Shown here: positions 26,231-38,619 of the stretch, piece after piece
How positions within the stretch are numbered: the stretch's first letter is position 1
Layout of the letters: the number at the start of each line of letters is the position of its first letter
Assembly: GCF_963921235.1 (NCBI RefSeq)
Contig: NC_086106.1
Coordinates: forward strand, 25,978,001 to 26,042,000
Direction of reading: 5' to 3'
Origin: Mobula hypostoma
Lineage: Eukaryota
Length of the DNA stretch: 64,000 nt
Position numbers and translations under genes: made by a program
Notes under the pieces: generated by a model
Database searches by the model: none
What the model saw: only the letters and a program-made list of their open reading frames with translations
What the model was told of the DNA's origin: nothing

Positions 26231-27605
26231 GTGTGCGGTCGTTCTTGATGAATGTCCTCATTACTGTTCCTGTGGCTAGACGGAACTCGGAACGAACAGG
26301 ACCGTTCTCGGGAATCTCCCCTTGCGCTTGGGCCTTCTGAACAAGAGCGTCGATTTCCCTATGAATTTACGCCGCCACCCTGGATTGGGGCAAAATGATG
26401 CTAGCTACCCCTCACGTTTCGGCTTGTCAAATTGGCGGGACAGGGCAACAAGCTTCTGATTCCTAGAATTTGTTCGATAGATCAAGGTGAAATTAATCCG
26501 TTTAAAAAAGACCACCTGGTCTGCCTGGAATTCAGTGCCTTGGCTGCATGAATATACGTCAGGATCTTCTGGTCATTCCAAAGAATTAAATGGTTCTTGC
26601 TCCCTCCAGCCAGTGACACTATTTCTCAAAGCTAACTTTACTGCCCAAAAGTTGATTATCAATTAAAGGTAACGTCCTGAAAGAGACTATGACAATTACC
26701 CGTACTGAGCAGTTTCCTGGCCTTTAAATAACGGAAGCTAGCGTAGTTGGGAGCGCCTCGTAACGGACAGGGGAGATGCAGCCTGTCCTGCTAGTTGCAT
26801 ATTGTGCTGGCTGATGTGTTAGGTGGTGAGAGGTTCAAAAACTCTACCGATCAGAGCGGGCCTCTTTCAGATTAAATTGAGGGATATATGCTTCATAGTC
26901 TGTAGCGCCATTCTATTGCACATGTCTCGTTTCCGTTGACAAAGAGTAGTCTGCTGCCTTCTTGCAGCCCTTGAGGTGCGGGTTGCATCGGCAATACCAT
27001 TAGAGAAAGATGTCCGTGATTCTACCCCACTGGCCGCGATGGAACGCACAGATATTTTCAAGTTGGCACAGGTAGTAGCTTGGAGGGCAGCTTCCATGAA
27101 GTGGTGTACCCCATTGCGACTGAGAGACGGATTACTTTCAATAAGTTGACACCCTTGGCCGACATTAGAGAGAATAAAATCATATCTGCGGCACATTCGA
27201 CCTTGTGTATATCTGAGGGTGCTGCCTGCGAACGGATTGATTGGTTGTGAGCACCGAACTGATTCTATCCGTGCACAATAAGAATGAGCTTTGCTGGCTG
27301 TTTTCCCTCATATGCATGATCCATTCACTCTCCATTTTCCCCACTCCGATTGTTCCTCCTTTTTCACTCATTTGTGGTCTCTGTCACTCTTTACCATGCT
27401 CCTTCCCCTCTCCATCTCTATTTCTGTTCCACTGTACCATTCTTCCTTTATCACTCTATCCCACTTTCTCACACATACCATCATCAATGTCCCCTGACTA
27501 TCCCGCATTTTTGCTCCAAACCTCTGCTCGGTGCTTGCTCCATCTCTATTACTCTACCCGCTCTCTCCCTCCCCTTTGCACTTTCATCGGATTTCTCCAT
27601 GTTGG

Positions 27606-27608
<3 letters not shown>

Positions 27609-27661
<53 letters not shown>
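27609..27661. repeat. (CT)n microsatellite within a CT-rich tract
   Basis: Direct reading of the sequence. Confidence 0.95.
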
Positions 27662-27663
<2 letters not shown>

Positions 27664-27889
27664 TGCCTCTCATCCTACTCAACTCCACCCTTCATTTTTT
27701 CATTCTCTTGCTCTTTTATTCTATCCATCCTTCGTTCAGTTTCTCTCTGTCTTCCCTCTGTCTTGCTCCTTCCCTTTCTCTCGTTCTTTCATATAGTAAA
27801 ACTCGCGCATGCTTTAATTTTAGTGAGCTTATCTACTCTAATTCCGTTTTCACGTGTCTCTGTAGAAATCCCTCAAACAGCTTCAGCTC

Positions 27890-28420
27890 ATTCCGAATGC
27901 TGGCTGCTGGAGTCCTCACCAAGACCAAGAAAGCAGAACACATCAACCCAGCTCTCAGATCACCTAAATCGCCTCTTGTCCATCAGAGGATTGACTTGAA
28001 AATATTGCTGCCGGTTTATAAAACACAGAATGATTTCGGACCAAAATTTATCTCCGATCTCGTTTTGCATTATAAACCTTCCCAAGCTCTCAAGTCATCT
28101 GGGACGGTTCTACATATCGACACCGTCGTCAAAATTAAACATGATGAAGTAGTATTTAGTTACTATACACCACTTATCCGGAATAACCTTCCACAGGATC
28201 TGAGGTTTACCCCAATTTTAAGCTCTTTTATATTGAGGCTTAAAACTTTTTTTTGCCTTTGTAGCTTTTAATTAGAATATCCTGTACTGTAGCCTGTATT
28301 CCATTTTTAATCTATTCATCGTATCTTTTATGTGATTTTATTACATTGTCTGAAATTTAATGTTTGAGTTCTATGTAAAGCACTTCGAACTGCCTAAGGT
28401 TTCAAAAATGCTATACAGAA
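27890..28420 (+). mobile_element. L2 LINE 3' fragment
   Basis: AAGVLTKTKKAEHINPAL...RIDLKILL.VYK...RNNLPQDLR...LKTFF. Confidence 0.8.
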
Positions 28421-28804
28421 AATTATCTTCCCTTGCTTGTCGTTACCGTGGCTAGACGTCAATACACCCTTATGTTCTGCTTCCTCTGGGTCTTTCCTTC
28501 CCTGTTTCTTTCTCCACCCTCTCTCTCGCTCTGCTTAATAATCCATCGATTACCATCTCTCTCGCTCCTTCACTTCCTCATTGCAATTACGTCTCCCTTA
28601 TTCATTCACTTTCTTACTCGCTCATTCCTAAACTCCCTCTTTCTCACTCCATTTTACTTACCATATAAGATCTCCACCTCTTTCACTGGATTTCACTCCC
28701 TTTGTTCCCCACTCGCAAACCGCTATGCACACTCATACACATCGCTCTCCGCCTTCCACTCCTCCGGCAAATAATGGACAAGCCACTGAAGCAGACAGAG
28801 GACG

Positions 28805-28990
28805 TCTTTGCCTCTGGGTATGCAGCGGAATCCGACAGAAGAGCCTCGGGGCTATATAATGGGCCGCTGGCCATTTTTGCCCAAACAATCTGACATCCTT
28901 ACAGGTATCTTTTGCTACTGAATTTTACCCACTTTCAGGAAAGCACATCATCCTCGCAGATACTCGGGCGCGCCGCTTCCCTTTTTCCAG
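28805..28990 (-). pseudogene. 5'-truncated V relic (FR2-FR3) directly downstream of the family-A V RSS
   Basis: GSGAPEYLR; RMSDCLGKNGQR (resembles RVSGSLNKTGQR); LLSDSAAY. Confidence 0.65.
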
Positions 28991-28996
28991 CAACCG

Positions 28997-29010
28997 GCGC
29001 CCTCTAGCGA
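28997..29010 (-). promoter_or_regulatory. CTCF-like motif 25 bp downstream of the RSS nonamer
   Basis: TCGCTAGAGGGCGC, 13/14 match to CCRSYAGRKGGCRS. Confidence 0.65.
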
Positions 29011-29035
29011 CGGCTCACCGTATCACCCCGAAAAC

Positions 29036-29074
29036 AGATATTGTGCAGGGCCGTCGGTTCCTTGCAACAGTGTG
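29036..29074 (-). other. 23-bp-spacer recombination signal sequence
   Basis: Heptamer CACACTG (29068-29074), 23-nt spacer, nonamer ACAATATCT (29036-29044). Confidence 0.9.
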
Positions 29075-29501
29075 TACCCTATGGCACAGAAGTACACGGC
29101 TGAGTCCGATACGAGAACACCAGAGATGTTCAAATTCGCTGTCTTGCTGTCTTTCTGCACACTAGCAGTGAACCGCGCTGGAGATTCTGGAGATATTTCT
29201 GCAGCATATGATTTCAGCAAGTATTTTACAGATTCTCCGCGATGCTGAATGTACCAAAAAACATAAGTAGTAATGCCACTGTGATTACAGTTCAGAGTTA
29301 CGGTTTCTTCTTCCTCAACCGTTAATTTTTGCGGCCGCTGGGTCACTGAATCTTTCCCAGTCGCTCCTGCCAAAAACAAAAGATGAGAATACATGAACAG
29401 CTCGGTCTTGACAGGGCACACGGAACAGATAGACGCCGTTCGCGCGGATACTCACTGGGCAGAACAGCCAACATAATCAGCAAAGAACAGAGGGAAAACA
29501 T
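29075..29501 (-). CDS. TRAV/TRDV: Intact TCR alpha/delta-type V gene segment, family A (leader exon 29456-29501, V exon 29075-29366)
   Basis: Spliced: MFSLCSLLIMLAVLPRATGKDSVTQRPQKLTVEEEETVTLNCNHSGITTYVFWYIQHRGESVKYLLKSYAAEISPESPARFTASVQKDSKTANLNISGVLVSDSAVYFCAIG. GTGAGT donor, 89-nt phase-1 intron, Cys/Trp/YFC motifs, 23-RSS. Confidence 0.93.
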
Positions 29502-30757
29502 GGCGTCTGGCTTCAAGTTCGATCAAAACACAGCTTACTTCCAATAACTGCAGGCCGTTGACAGATATTGGAAAGTAAGATCAGAGCTGCGACGCCTTTC
29601 AACTGGTATAATGCTGGGGGGGGTGGGCGGTGCTCTGTCAGGCAATTTATTGGTGAGCGCAATAAACCCAGTCACCAACCAGAATGGGGTTTGGTTTCGT
29701 TTGTCTCTCCCACTCATTTACAATCTCGCTCACTGCTTTCCACGCACTCTACCTTCTGACTCACCCTTTCTGATCTGCTACTTCTCTCTGTCCCTCTTCG
29801 CTCTCTGTCTCTCATTTACAGACTCACTCCTCAATCTCTATGTCCCTCACTCCGGCTCTCTAGATTTTCTACTTGCGCAATATTTCTCTATCTTCGCTTC
29901 TCACTATATTAGGCTCCTCATCGCTATCCTTTCCTTTCTCGTTTTCTTATCTGTGTCGCTCTTTCTTCCTTATTACCTTTCATTACTTTTTTCTTCCCCT
30001 CTCTTTCCTCCCTATATATCGTCCCTTCCCTTCCTCTTATTTTTTTATTTCCTTCTTTTCTCTTCCTACTCCGTCACTCCCTCCTTTGCACGCTCGCATT
30101 CCACTCCATCGCTATTCCCTTCATGGATTCTTGTTCCCTTTCTCCGGTCTTCCTTTCCATTCCTCTCTCCTGCTTTCACCGTCCCGCACTCTCTATTTCA
30201 CTCGCTCTTGTTCTCCTCCACTTGCGCATCTTCCGTCTCTCTCTATCTATCTATTTACCTTCATCTCCATCTCGCTTTTCTCCCGACCACCATTTCTCTG
30301 GTTCGTCACGTCTTCATTGCTGTCTACATCTCCATCTTTGATTAACTCTCTCCCACTCTATCTCCCTCAGTCTCCTTCTCTACCTCACCCCTCGCCGCCA
30401 TCTTCCCTTGCCCCGACTTCCACATCACACGCCCTATATGCCAAAATGCTGTTCACACATAATCTTTATCTCTCGCCTTACTTCCGTCCACATCCGAAAA
30501 TAAGGAACACGCCACAGGACAGGGAGAAAGAGGAAAATACTTGCTCGGTATTGCTGGGCGGGCAAGGTGTGTGTGGTGAGGCTTTTGAATTTCATGTCCC
30601 TGCAGCCTCATTCCAGAGAGTGTGCCTTGTTGCGCGGTTCCTGTGGACGGGCCTTGCTGAATGTTCAGAGTGGAAACGAGGGCGCTACCTGGAACGAACG
30701 CTCACTACACTCAGGGTGAGCTTTCCTCCAGGATCGCCGTCGCCATGGAACACCGCG

Positions 30758-31167
30758 GGATCAACGGCGCAAAGGTTCACGGCAGACAATGGCACAGGAA
30801 ACCGGAGATATTTTATTTAAACTGCTGCCCAGTTTCGTCCATAGAACCTGAAAACCTGAATGGACTGTCATCACACCGACTCGCACCTCCAGGGCTTTTT
30901 TCGGAGATTTTCCAGAATGTAGCAATTACACAGATAATCTCTGCCTGCTTCCAAGTAGCTGCAGCTCAATGGCATTCCCTCTTCTTCCTCGATCATTAAC
31001 ACCCTCCGATCCTGAGTCAACGGATTGTCCCACTCCTACCTGCAACAAATCTCAGAGAATGCGAGCGCACGGATCGCACCGACCAAGTAGAACACGTGTT
31101 ACCCGATTAGACAGAGACTCACCAGGCAGAGCAGTCGCTGCGATCAGCAAACACCACAGGGGAACAT
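30758..31167 (-). pseudogene. TCR V pseudogene, family B (leader 31123-31167, exon 30758-31039)
   Basis: 45-nt leader (1-nt deletion, TGA), frameshift after GRSGTI, internal deletions and a stop. RSS decayed to CGCGGTG/AGGAAAGCT. Confidence 0.92.
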
Positions 31168-32039
31168 CGTGTCCGCATTACAATCAACAATCCGACATTA
31201 TGAAAATCTGATCGTAAAGCATGTCAGGATGAGCAGATACTCACAGGGGGACATGTAGCGCGTCTCTCACACCTAATTGGTAATTTACTGAAGGTGAGCT
31301 GATCACGAAAACAATTAGAGTGAACAAGTATAACAGGGTCCCTCAGTTTCTCACTCTCGGCCCTGCTCGCGGACGATCTTGCTGTCTGTATCCTTCCAAC
31401 ACCCTATCGCCTTCCCTTCATTCCCTTCATTAATCACCCTTCCTCATCTGCTTCCTTTTTCTTTTCCCTCTCCCTTACTTTTTTTCTTCTCCCTCACTTT
31501 CTCCCATTTTCTTCTCTTTATTCCTCCCTCTCACGATCTCATTCTGTTACCCTCCACTTTCATCCCTTCATAATGAACTTACTGAATAATCCAAACAATG
31601 CTGAAATTCTATAAGAGATTGTTGACTAGTATTGCTCTCCTGCAGGCTGTTTTGGAGGTCCGTTCTTCGATTACTTGCCGTGTCGAATGGCATATACAAT
31701 AATGTATTTTTTCACGAACAGGATTATTCTGGGCATATGTTTCTACAGAAGCGGTTTGCTATTGCCTTTTTCTGGGCAGTGTCTTTAGAAACAGGGACTC
31801 CCCTTATTATCAATACGCTTCAGAGATTGTTTGCCTGCGGTAAGTGGTTGGATAGCCAAGATATGTGATATGCACCATCTGCTCATACGTCTATCCATCA
31901 CCTGCTCCCATCGCTTCACGCGACCTTGATCAGGATTTTCCAGAATGTAGCAAGTACGCATTTCCCAAGGGTCACCTGCTGACTACCTGAGGGAAGAAGC
32001 GCTTTACACCACCTTTGGTAAAGATGTACCTCCACCGCG

Positions 32040-32350
32040 CTAACCAGCTTTGGGGGCATTGAGTCGCTAAAAATCACAGAGAAGGAATACAAATCATTTG
32101 TACTTTTAGAGAATTCCGAATTATAGTTTATGGAGAATTTGGAAAAGTGAAAGTATATGTTAAAGGATGGAGAGGGAGTCTGGAATGATCCAATGGCCTG
32201 GCCTTTCTCTTTTGACTAATGATCGTAACACTGTACTTGGATTCCTGGTTATTGTCATTATGATTTGTTGTTAAAGCATCTAATCGCCATGTCTGGCATA
32301 CTCACTAAACAGACTAGGGAGCTTCTACAACGATGGTAAAGAGCAAACGA
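32040..32350 (-). pseudogene. Family-C V-like relic, 3' part and flank
   Basis: Homologous to the blocks at 3.5, 11.2, 35.1, 51.2 and 60.2 kb. Confidence 0.4.
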
Positions 32351-32509
32351 GAAACATCCAGTTTGGTGTGGCACAGCCAAGAAGGGCCAAAAGGCCAGTT
32401 TCTGTGCTGTAGTTTTTTCTATGGTTTCTATGGTCCCCTTATTTAAGAGGTATGGTACACACTCTCAAAAAGGACGTTCACAGAAGCTTCACTCTGGTTG
32501 TTCTTTCAG

Positions 32510-33580
32510 GATAATATGGAGCAGTTTCTGGTAAGGCTCTGAAAACTTGTGCCAACCAACTGGCGGGAGTATTCAAGGGCATTTTCAACCTCTCGCTGCT
32601 ACGGGCGAAAGTTCCCACTTGTTTCAAAAAGTTAACAATTATACCAATGCCTAAGAAGAATAATGTGAGATGCCTTAATGACTATCACCTTTAGCACTCA
32701 CGCCTACAGTGATGAAATGCTTTGAGAGGTTGGTCATGACTATACTGAACTCCGGCCTCAGCCACGACTTGGACCCACACAATAGGTCAATGGCAGACGC
32801 AATCTCAACGGCTCTTCACACGGCCTTTCACACAGACCACCTGTGCAATACATACACCTATAACAGAATACTGTTCACCGACTTTAGTACAGAATTTGAC
32901 ACCATCATTCCCATACTACTGATTGATAAGTCACAGAACCTGGGCCTCTCTACCTCCCTCAATTGGGAGCGAGGATATGTACATCAGGGGTGTGTACTTA
33001 GCCCACTGCTCTATTCTCCCTATATCCATGACTGTGTAGCTAGGCATAGCTCAAATAGCATTTATAAATTTGCTGATGATACAACCATTGTTGGTAAAAT
33101 TTAACATGGAGACGAGAAGGGGTACAGGAGCGAGATATGCCAACTAGTGGCAGCAACAACCTTACACTCAACATCAGAAAGACGACAGAGCTGATTGTGG
33201 ACTTCAGGAAGTGTAAGACAAAGGAACACACGCAATTCAGATAGAGAGATCAGAATTGGAGAGAGTGAGCAGTTTTAAGTTCCGGGATGTAAAGATCTCT
33301 GAGGACCTAACCTGGTCGCAACATACCGTTGAAGTTATAAAGAAGACAAGACAGCGACTATACTTCATTAAGAACATAGTACATACTGCATAGAAATCTA
33401 CAGCACATTACAGGCTCCTCGGGCCACAACGTTATGCCGGCCATAAACAGTTTCAAGAGAGTTGATATGTCAGCAAAAACACTCAAAAACTTCCATACCA
33501 TTCTAACAGACTGCATCACTGTCTGGTACGGTGGGGGGGGGGGGGAGGTCTACTGCACAGGAGTGAAAGAAGCTGCAGAG
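32510..33580 (+). mobile_element. Rex1/Babar-type LINE RT remnant
   Basis: MKCFERLV; [15 protein letters not shown]; [11 protein letters not shown]; [10 protein letters not shown]. Confidence 0.85.
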
Positions 33581-33657
33581 GGTCGTAAATTTTTTTGGCA
33601 CAGGCAAATGAGGGGGGATCTTATAGAAACATTCAAAATTTTGGAAAGGATAGATAA

Positions 33658-33768
33658 GATAGAAGTAGGAAAGTTGTTTCCATCGGTAACAAAGGATAGA
33701 AGTAGGAAAGTTGTTTCCATTGGTAACAAAGGATAGAAGTAGGAAAGTTGTTTCCATTGGTAACAAAG
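33658..33768. repeat. 37-bp tandem repeat x3 inside a CR1 3' fragment (about 33600-34070)
   Basis: aaggatagaagtaggaaagttgtttccattggtaaca, starts at 33661, 33698 and 33735. Confidence 0.9.
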
Positions 33769-35049
33769 CTGACATTGCCTCAAGATTCAGGGTGAAAATT
33801 TAGGACGGAGATGAGGAGAAACTGTTTTTCCTAGAGGGTGGTGAATCTGTAGAATTCTCTGCCCAGGGAAGCAGTTGAGGCTTCTTCTCTAAATATATTT
33901 AATAAAAAGTTAGATAGGTTTTTACATAGTAAGGGAATTAAGGGATATGGGGAAAAGACAGGTAAATGGAGCTAAGTTTACGGACAGATCACCCATGATC
34001 TTATTGAATGGCGGGGCAGTCTCGATGGACCGCATGGCCTACTCCTGCTCCTATTTCTTAGTTCTTCTGTTCTTATCTCCGCATTAATGTTAACATAGCG
34101 AACCCCCAATGGAAGAGAATGAGTTCACATCAGTACCAACAGAAACGCTAAGGGCAATAGGGACAGAATGAATTGTCTGATGAAGAAGGGATTATGGGAC
34201 CAATAGGATAAATCATATAATATTACAATCCCAGTCGACTCTTTTCACACGTCCTCCTCCTGCTGTCAATTTTCTCCCCTCGTTTTCTCACATTTCTTCC
34301 CCTTTCTTTCTCTCAATATTTCTTTCTTTGTTCTTCCTCTCACTTCCTCTTGCCATTTCATTCCAACTTTCTCTCTCTTCCTTTTCCTCTGCCTCCATCC
34401 CTCTCTGCTTATCCTCTCTCTCCGATGCTTTCTCTTCCTGATTTTCTCATTCGCTAACATTCTCCCACTGCCTGACCATCCAACCTCTCCACAATACCTA
34501 TCCCTGGATCCTGTCTCATTCTCTTTCTCTCTCTGTATCTGCCTATCTGTTATCTTCTGTTATTTATTCTCTCTCACTTCCTTCTTCCTCACTCCCTCCT
34601 CCCACCTCCCACCCCTCCATTTTAACTCTGTTTTTCCTACTTATGTCTCTTCTGCTTTTTTCTCTTATCTCTATCTCTTCCTCTGTCCTCCCTGACGCCT
34701 TTCCTATTTCCTACTCCCTGCCCCCGTCTTTGTCTCTGTTCTACCTACATCTAAATTTTTATTTCTCTGTTTTTCTCTTTCTGAAACTAGCTCTCTTCAA
34801 TTCCCTCTGTCCTTCCCTCACTGATTTTGCACCACTACAACTGCAGAAGACTTCCCTCCGAGTCCCGAGACGGCATAGACTACATTATGAAACTCAAAGT
34901 AGGGGATACGTGCAGACTTCAGAAAAAGGCAAAAGAAACGGATATCATAAGTATAGATGCTGCCTCGACTGCTGAGTTCCTCTAGCATTTTGTGTGTGTT
35001 GCATATAAACGGATATCAAACAATAGCAACGAAATCTTGATTGATTAAG

Positions 35050-35356
35050 TGGTCTAGCTTTTCCCCTCTGCTAATGATCGTATTACTGTAAGCAGTCCGT
35101 ATTACTGCGGATTACTGTTCATTATCAACCATACAGGTGACGCCTTTTGTGTACACAGTAAACATAATAGGGAGCTTCTCCAGCAATCGCAAAGGGTACA
35201 GGAGAAACCTTCGTTCTTTGTGTGCTCCTTAAAGAAACAAGAAAATTCATACACGCCACGAAGTACATTCATGAATTCTTTACACTGGGAGTGAAGTAGC
35301 CGTCCTTTGAGCAGAATATTGAAGAAAGTCGTTGTTTATAGGGCTGGGATAATATT
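35050..35356 (-). pseudogene. Family-C V-like relic (most V-like copy)
   Basis: catttccgtag acceptor (35357-35358); EYYPSPINNDFLQYSAQRTATSL; (2-nt deletion) QC...FFKEH..EGFS. Confidence 0.5.
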
Positions 35357-36489
35357 CTACGGAAATGATACAGTATATCGATCTAACAGTCTGTGATTTA
35401 TATTAAAGATTAGAAGGATAAGCAATGTCTGTGTTCAATCCTATAGGATACTAAAAGCGCTTTTGAGGACAACTGCTCAAAGGACTCTTGGGGCAGATAG
35501 GACAAAGAGATAACGATAGGATACAGAGACACTTCATAATTCAGAGCTGAGAATATGAAAGATACTTATATTGCGAAAATGTAAAATGTTGGCTAACTCA
35601 CACTTGACGTATTATGTGCAGATCGGTTACTAGAAAAGAGAATGTGTACGGATAGCGGCTGATGCTGCGGGCTGGGGTGGCGGGGTGGCGGTGATGTGTC
35701 GAGCTAACAAAGGGCTTCAGATGGAGAGATCTGATAGGAAAGGAAAGAGGTGAGTGCAAGAAGATAATGTAGAAATTATGGGACGATGGAGAGCGAAGCG
35801 GATAGGAAACCTACTTTGTCGACAGGGTGAAGGAGGAGGAAGTAATTGGGCTGGGTGGTGATTGGAGAATGGTGAGGGGGAAAGGTAATTTGATGGAACA
35901 GAGGAGAGAGGGAGAGAAGCGGGGTGCCGTCAGGTTACAGTCACCGCTGGGTGAACGTGGCCTGCATTTGCACTTCAATTTGCATTGGAATTCATCCTTA
36001 CGGTGGAGGAGGCCAAAGACTGAGCAGAGCCTGGATTCACGCTGAGACTCAGATACAACCATGATAGACTGAATTGTCTCATTCTTCGCGCTTATCAACT
36101 GAGTTTCAGCTGTGCTCTTTAAGGTGCTGTTCAGTGTGGATTGATGAGTGGAGGGGGGTGAGACTTACTTACTGAAGTCTCCATCACCACTACTGGGACA
36201 TGGTCTGTCGACAACAGTTCTCTAGAGTCCTCCGTCGCGGGCCAGTCTTTCAAGTTGCCCCCAAGGTACGTAAGAAAACCGCTGGCTCCTTTTACTCGAA
36301 CTACCTACAGAGCATTCCGAAGAAGGAACCACCTTCTCTAGTCGTAGCGTCAAAGTGCTGTACAACACGGAGATACACTGTTCGGCCCAACTCGCCTGAG
36401 CTAATCCAATTTGCCCATGTTTAGCTCATAACCCCCTCAAATGTTCGCCTGCATGTATCAGTCCAAATGTTATAACGCCCATACACATA

Positions 36490-38600
36490 GTTATCGATAT
36501 ATAAGTATCTCAACGAGGAGGACCAGAACTGAACACTGCAGTTCAAGTGGGGTCTAACTAAGGTTTTATATATCTGTAACATTACCTCATGGCTCTTGAA
36601 CTCATTCTCACTGTTGATGAAAGCCAACACACCATACGCCTTCTTGTCAACACTGTCAGCCTGTGCAGCAGTTTTGAGTGTCCTATGGACATGGACTTCA
36701 AGATCCCGCTGATCCTCCGCACTACCAAGAGCCTTACCTCTAATATTGCATTCTGTTTTCAAAATGGGCCTACCAAAATGAACAACTTCACACTTATCTG
36801 GGTTGAACTCTATCTTCCACTCTCAGCCCACTTCTGCATCTTATCGGTGCCCGTTCTAACCTTTGATAACCCTCCAGATTATCCAATACACCCTCTAAAT
36901 TTGTGTCAATAGCAGACTTACTAATCCACCCTTCCACTTCCTCATCGAGGTCATTTAAAAAATCATAACAAGGACTGGTCCCAGAACATATCCCTACGGA
37001 TCACCACTGGTCACCATCATCCATGCAGAATACGAACTACACAACCACCTTTGCCTTCTGTGGTCAAGCCAATTCTGGATTCACAAAGCAAGGTCTCCTT
37101 CGATCCCACGCCCGATTATTTTCTGAATAAGTGGAACCTCAGCAAATTCTTTACTGAAATCCATATATATTAGATCCACTGCACTACCTTCATCAATGCG
37201 CTTTGTTAAAAAGAATTCAAATCACGTTCATAAGGCATGACCCGTCTTTGACAAATTGGCTATCCCTAATCGGATTATGTCTCTCCAAATGCTCACAAGT
37301 CCTGCATTTCAGGATCTTCTTCAACAACTTGCCCACCTCTGAGGTAATACACACTGGTCTGCAATTTCCTGAGTTATCTTTATCTTGAACAAGGGAACAA
37401 TGTTTGCAATTTTCTAGTCCTCTGGTTCTGTTCCCGTCCCTATTGATGGAGCAAAGATCATAGCCAGGGGCTCAGCAATCTCTTCCCTCGCTTTTCACAG
37501 TAGCCTGGGGTTTATCAGGTCTGATCCTGGCGACTTATTTAACTTAATACCTTTCAAAAGATCCAGCACATTTTTTAATGCCTGTCTATTTAAGCGTTGG
37601 AGTCCGCTGTAATTCATTCCCACAATCGCCAAGATCCTATTCACTGGTGAATACCGAAGCAAAGTATTCATTGTGTACCTCCGCTACCTCCTCTGAGTCC
37701 ATGCACATGTTTCCACTCTCAGTCCTGATTGGTCGTATTCTCACATGGCCCAGCCTCTTGCTCTTCACATGCTTGTCGAACACCTTGCGGTTTTCCTTGA
37801 CCCTGCTTACCAAGAGCTTCTCATGGTCCTTCCAGCTCTCCGAATTTCATTCTTGAGCTCCGTCCTGGGACCCTTGTAATTTTCCAGAGCTCTAACATTA
37901 CCTAGTTTCCTGAGCATTTCGTAGTCTTTCTTTTCTTCTTAATTAGATTTTCTACGTATTTTATACACCATAATTCGTTTAGCCTACTATCCTTTCTCTG
38001 TCTCAATAAAACACGTAAATGATTCCTGAGCATTTTCCCTAACTTCCTTCTTCCTTTACCTCTCTCTGTGTTCACCCATCTACTCCTCGAATTCTGTATT
38101 TTAGCTGAGAAGTCGTATCTATCAATTACGCTGTCTCCCGGATGATCATAAGTTCATCCAACCCCAGCTCCAGCTCTTAGATGCGGTCTTTCATGAGCTG
38201 GAGTTGGCTGCACATCCCGCAGGTGCAGTCATCAGAGAGACAATGAGGCTCCATGCTCTCCCACACCCCACAGGTGGAGCATTCCACTGCCACATCTGCC
38301 ATCCTGCCTGTACTGTAAAATGGGCGACCAAGACAAAATCCTCTCACCGGTGTCTTTGACCTCAACCTCTTCACCTGGAAGCCTCTTGGAACAAGCCCGA
38401 CGCTCCTGCTCTCACCGCTGGCCTACTGTCACCAATGGGGGGCTCCGACAATGGCCGCCCCACTTGCCCTCTCTCTACCTTTGCTTAATTCGCCGTGCTC
38501 CTCCCCGACGCTGATTGGACCACTGGACTGTATGAACGCCCGCGGAGCTTTCCTTTTATACCAGCTTCGCCGACCTGCTTGTAAACTCTTAAAAATGCTC
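36490..38600 (-). mobile_element. Decayed, internally deleted CR1 including the ORF1 zinc-finger N-terminus
   Basis: VECSTCGVWE...CTCGMCSQLQLMKDRI; DQRDLEVHVHRTLK...YKTLVRPHL. Confidence 0.8.
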
Positions 38601-38619
38601 TGCTGGTTGCAGGCGTGTT

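Noticed and set aside
26850-27280. V relic suggested by ATTCA/YYLC-like words
   Set aside because: No consistent frame, FR2 motif or RSS. The evidence is insufficient.
28805-29501. NAR-TCR-like double-V arrangement
   Set aside because: No D/J cluster between the V units, and the downstream unit is a truncated relic rather than an intact leaderless V.
29873-30820. Long ORFs in CT-rich tracts (also 27241-27999, 29611-30345, 47068-47709, 55818-56684, 60829-61605)
   Set aside because: Leu/Ser/Phe/Pro-rich translations of low-complexity DNA that lacks stop codons, with no domain motifs.
31123-31167. Leader frameshift as a homopolymer sequencing error hiding a functional V
   Set aside because: The exon has several independent frameshifts, deletions and a stop, and the RSS heptamer has lost CAC.
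33658-33768. CRISPR-like array
   Set aside because: Head-to-tail 37-bp repeats without spacers inside a CR1 fragment, in eukaryotic DNA.
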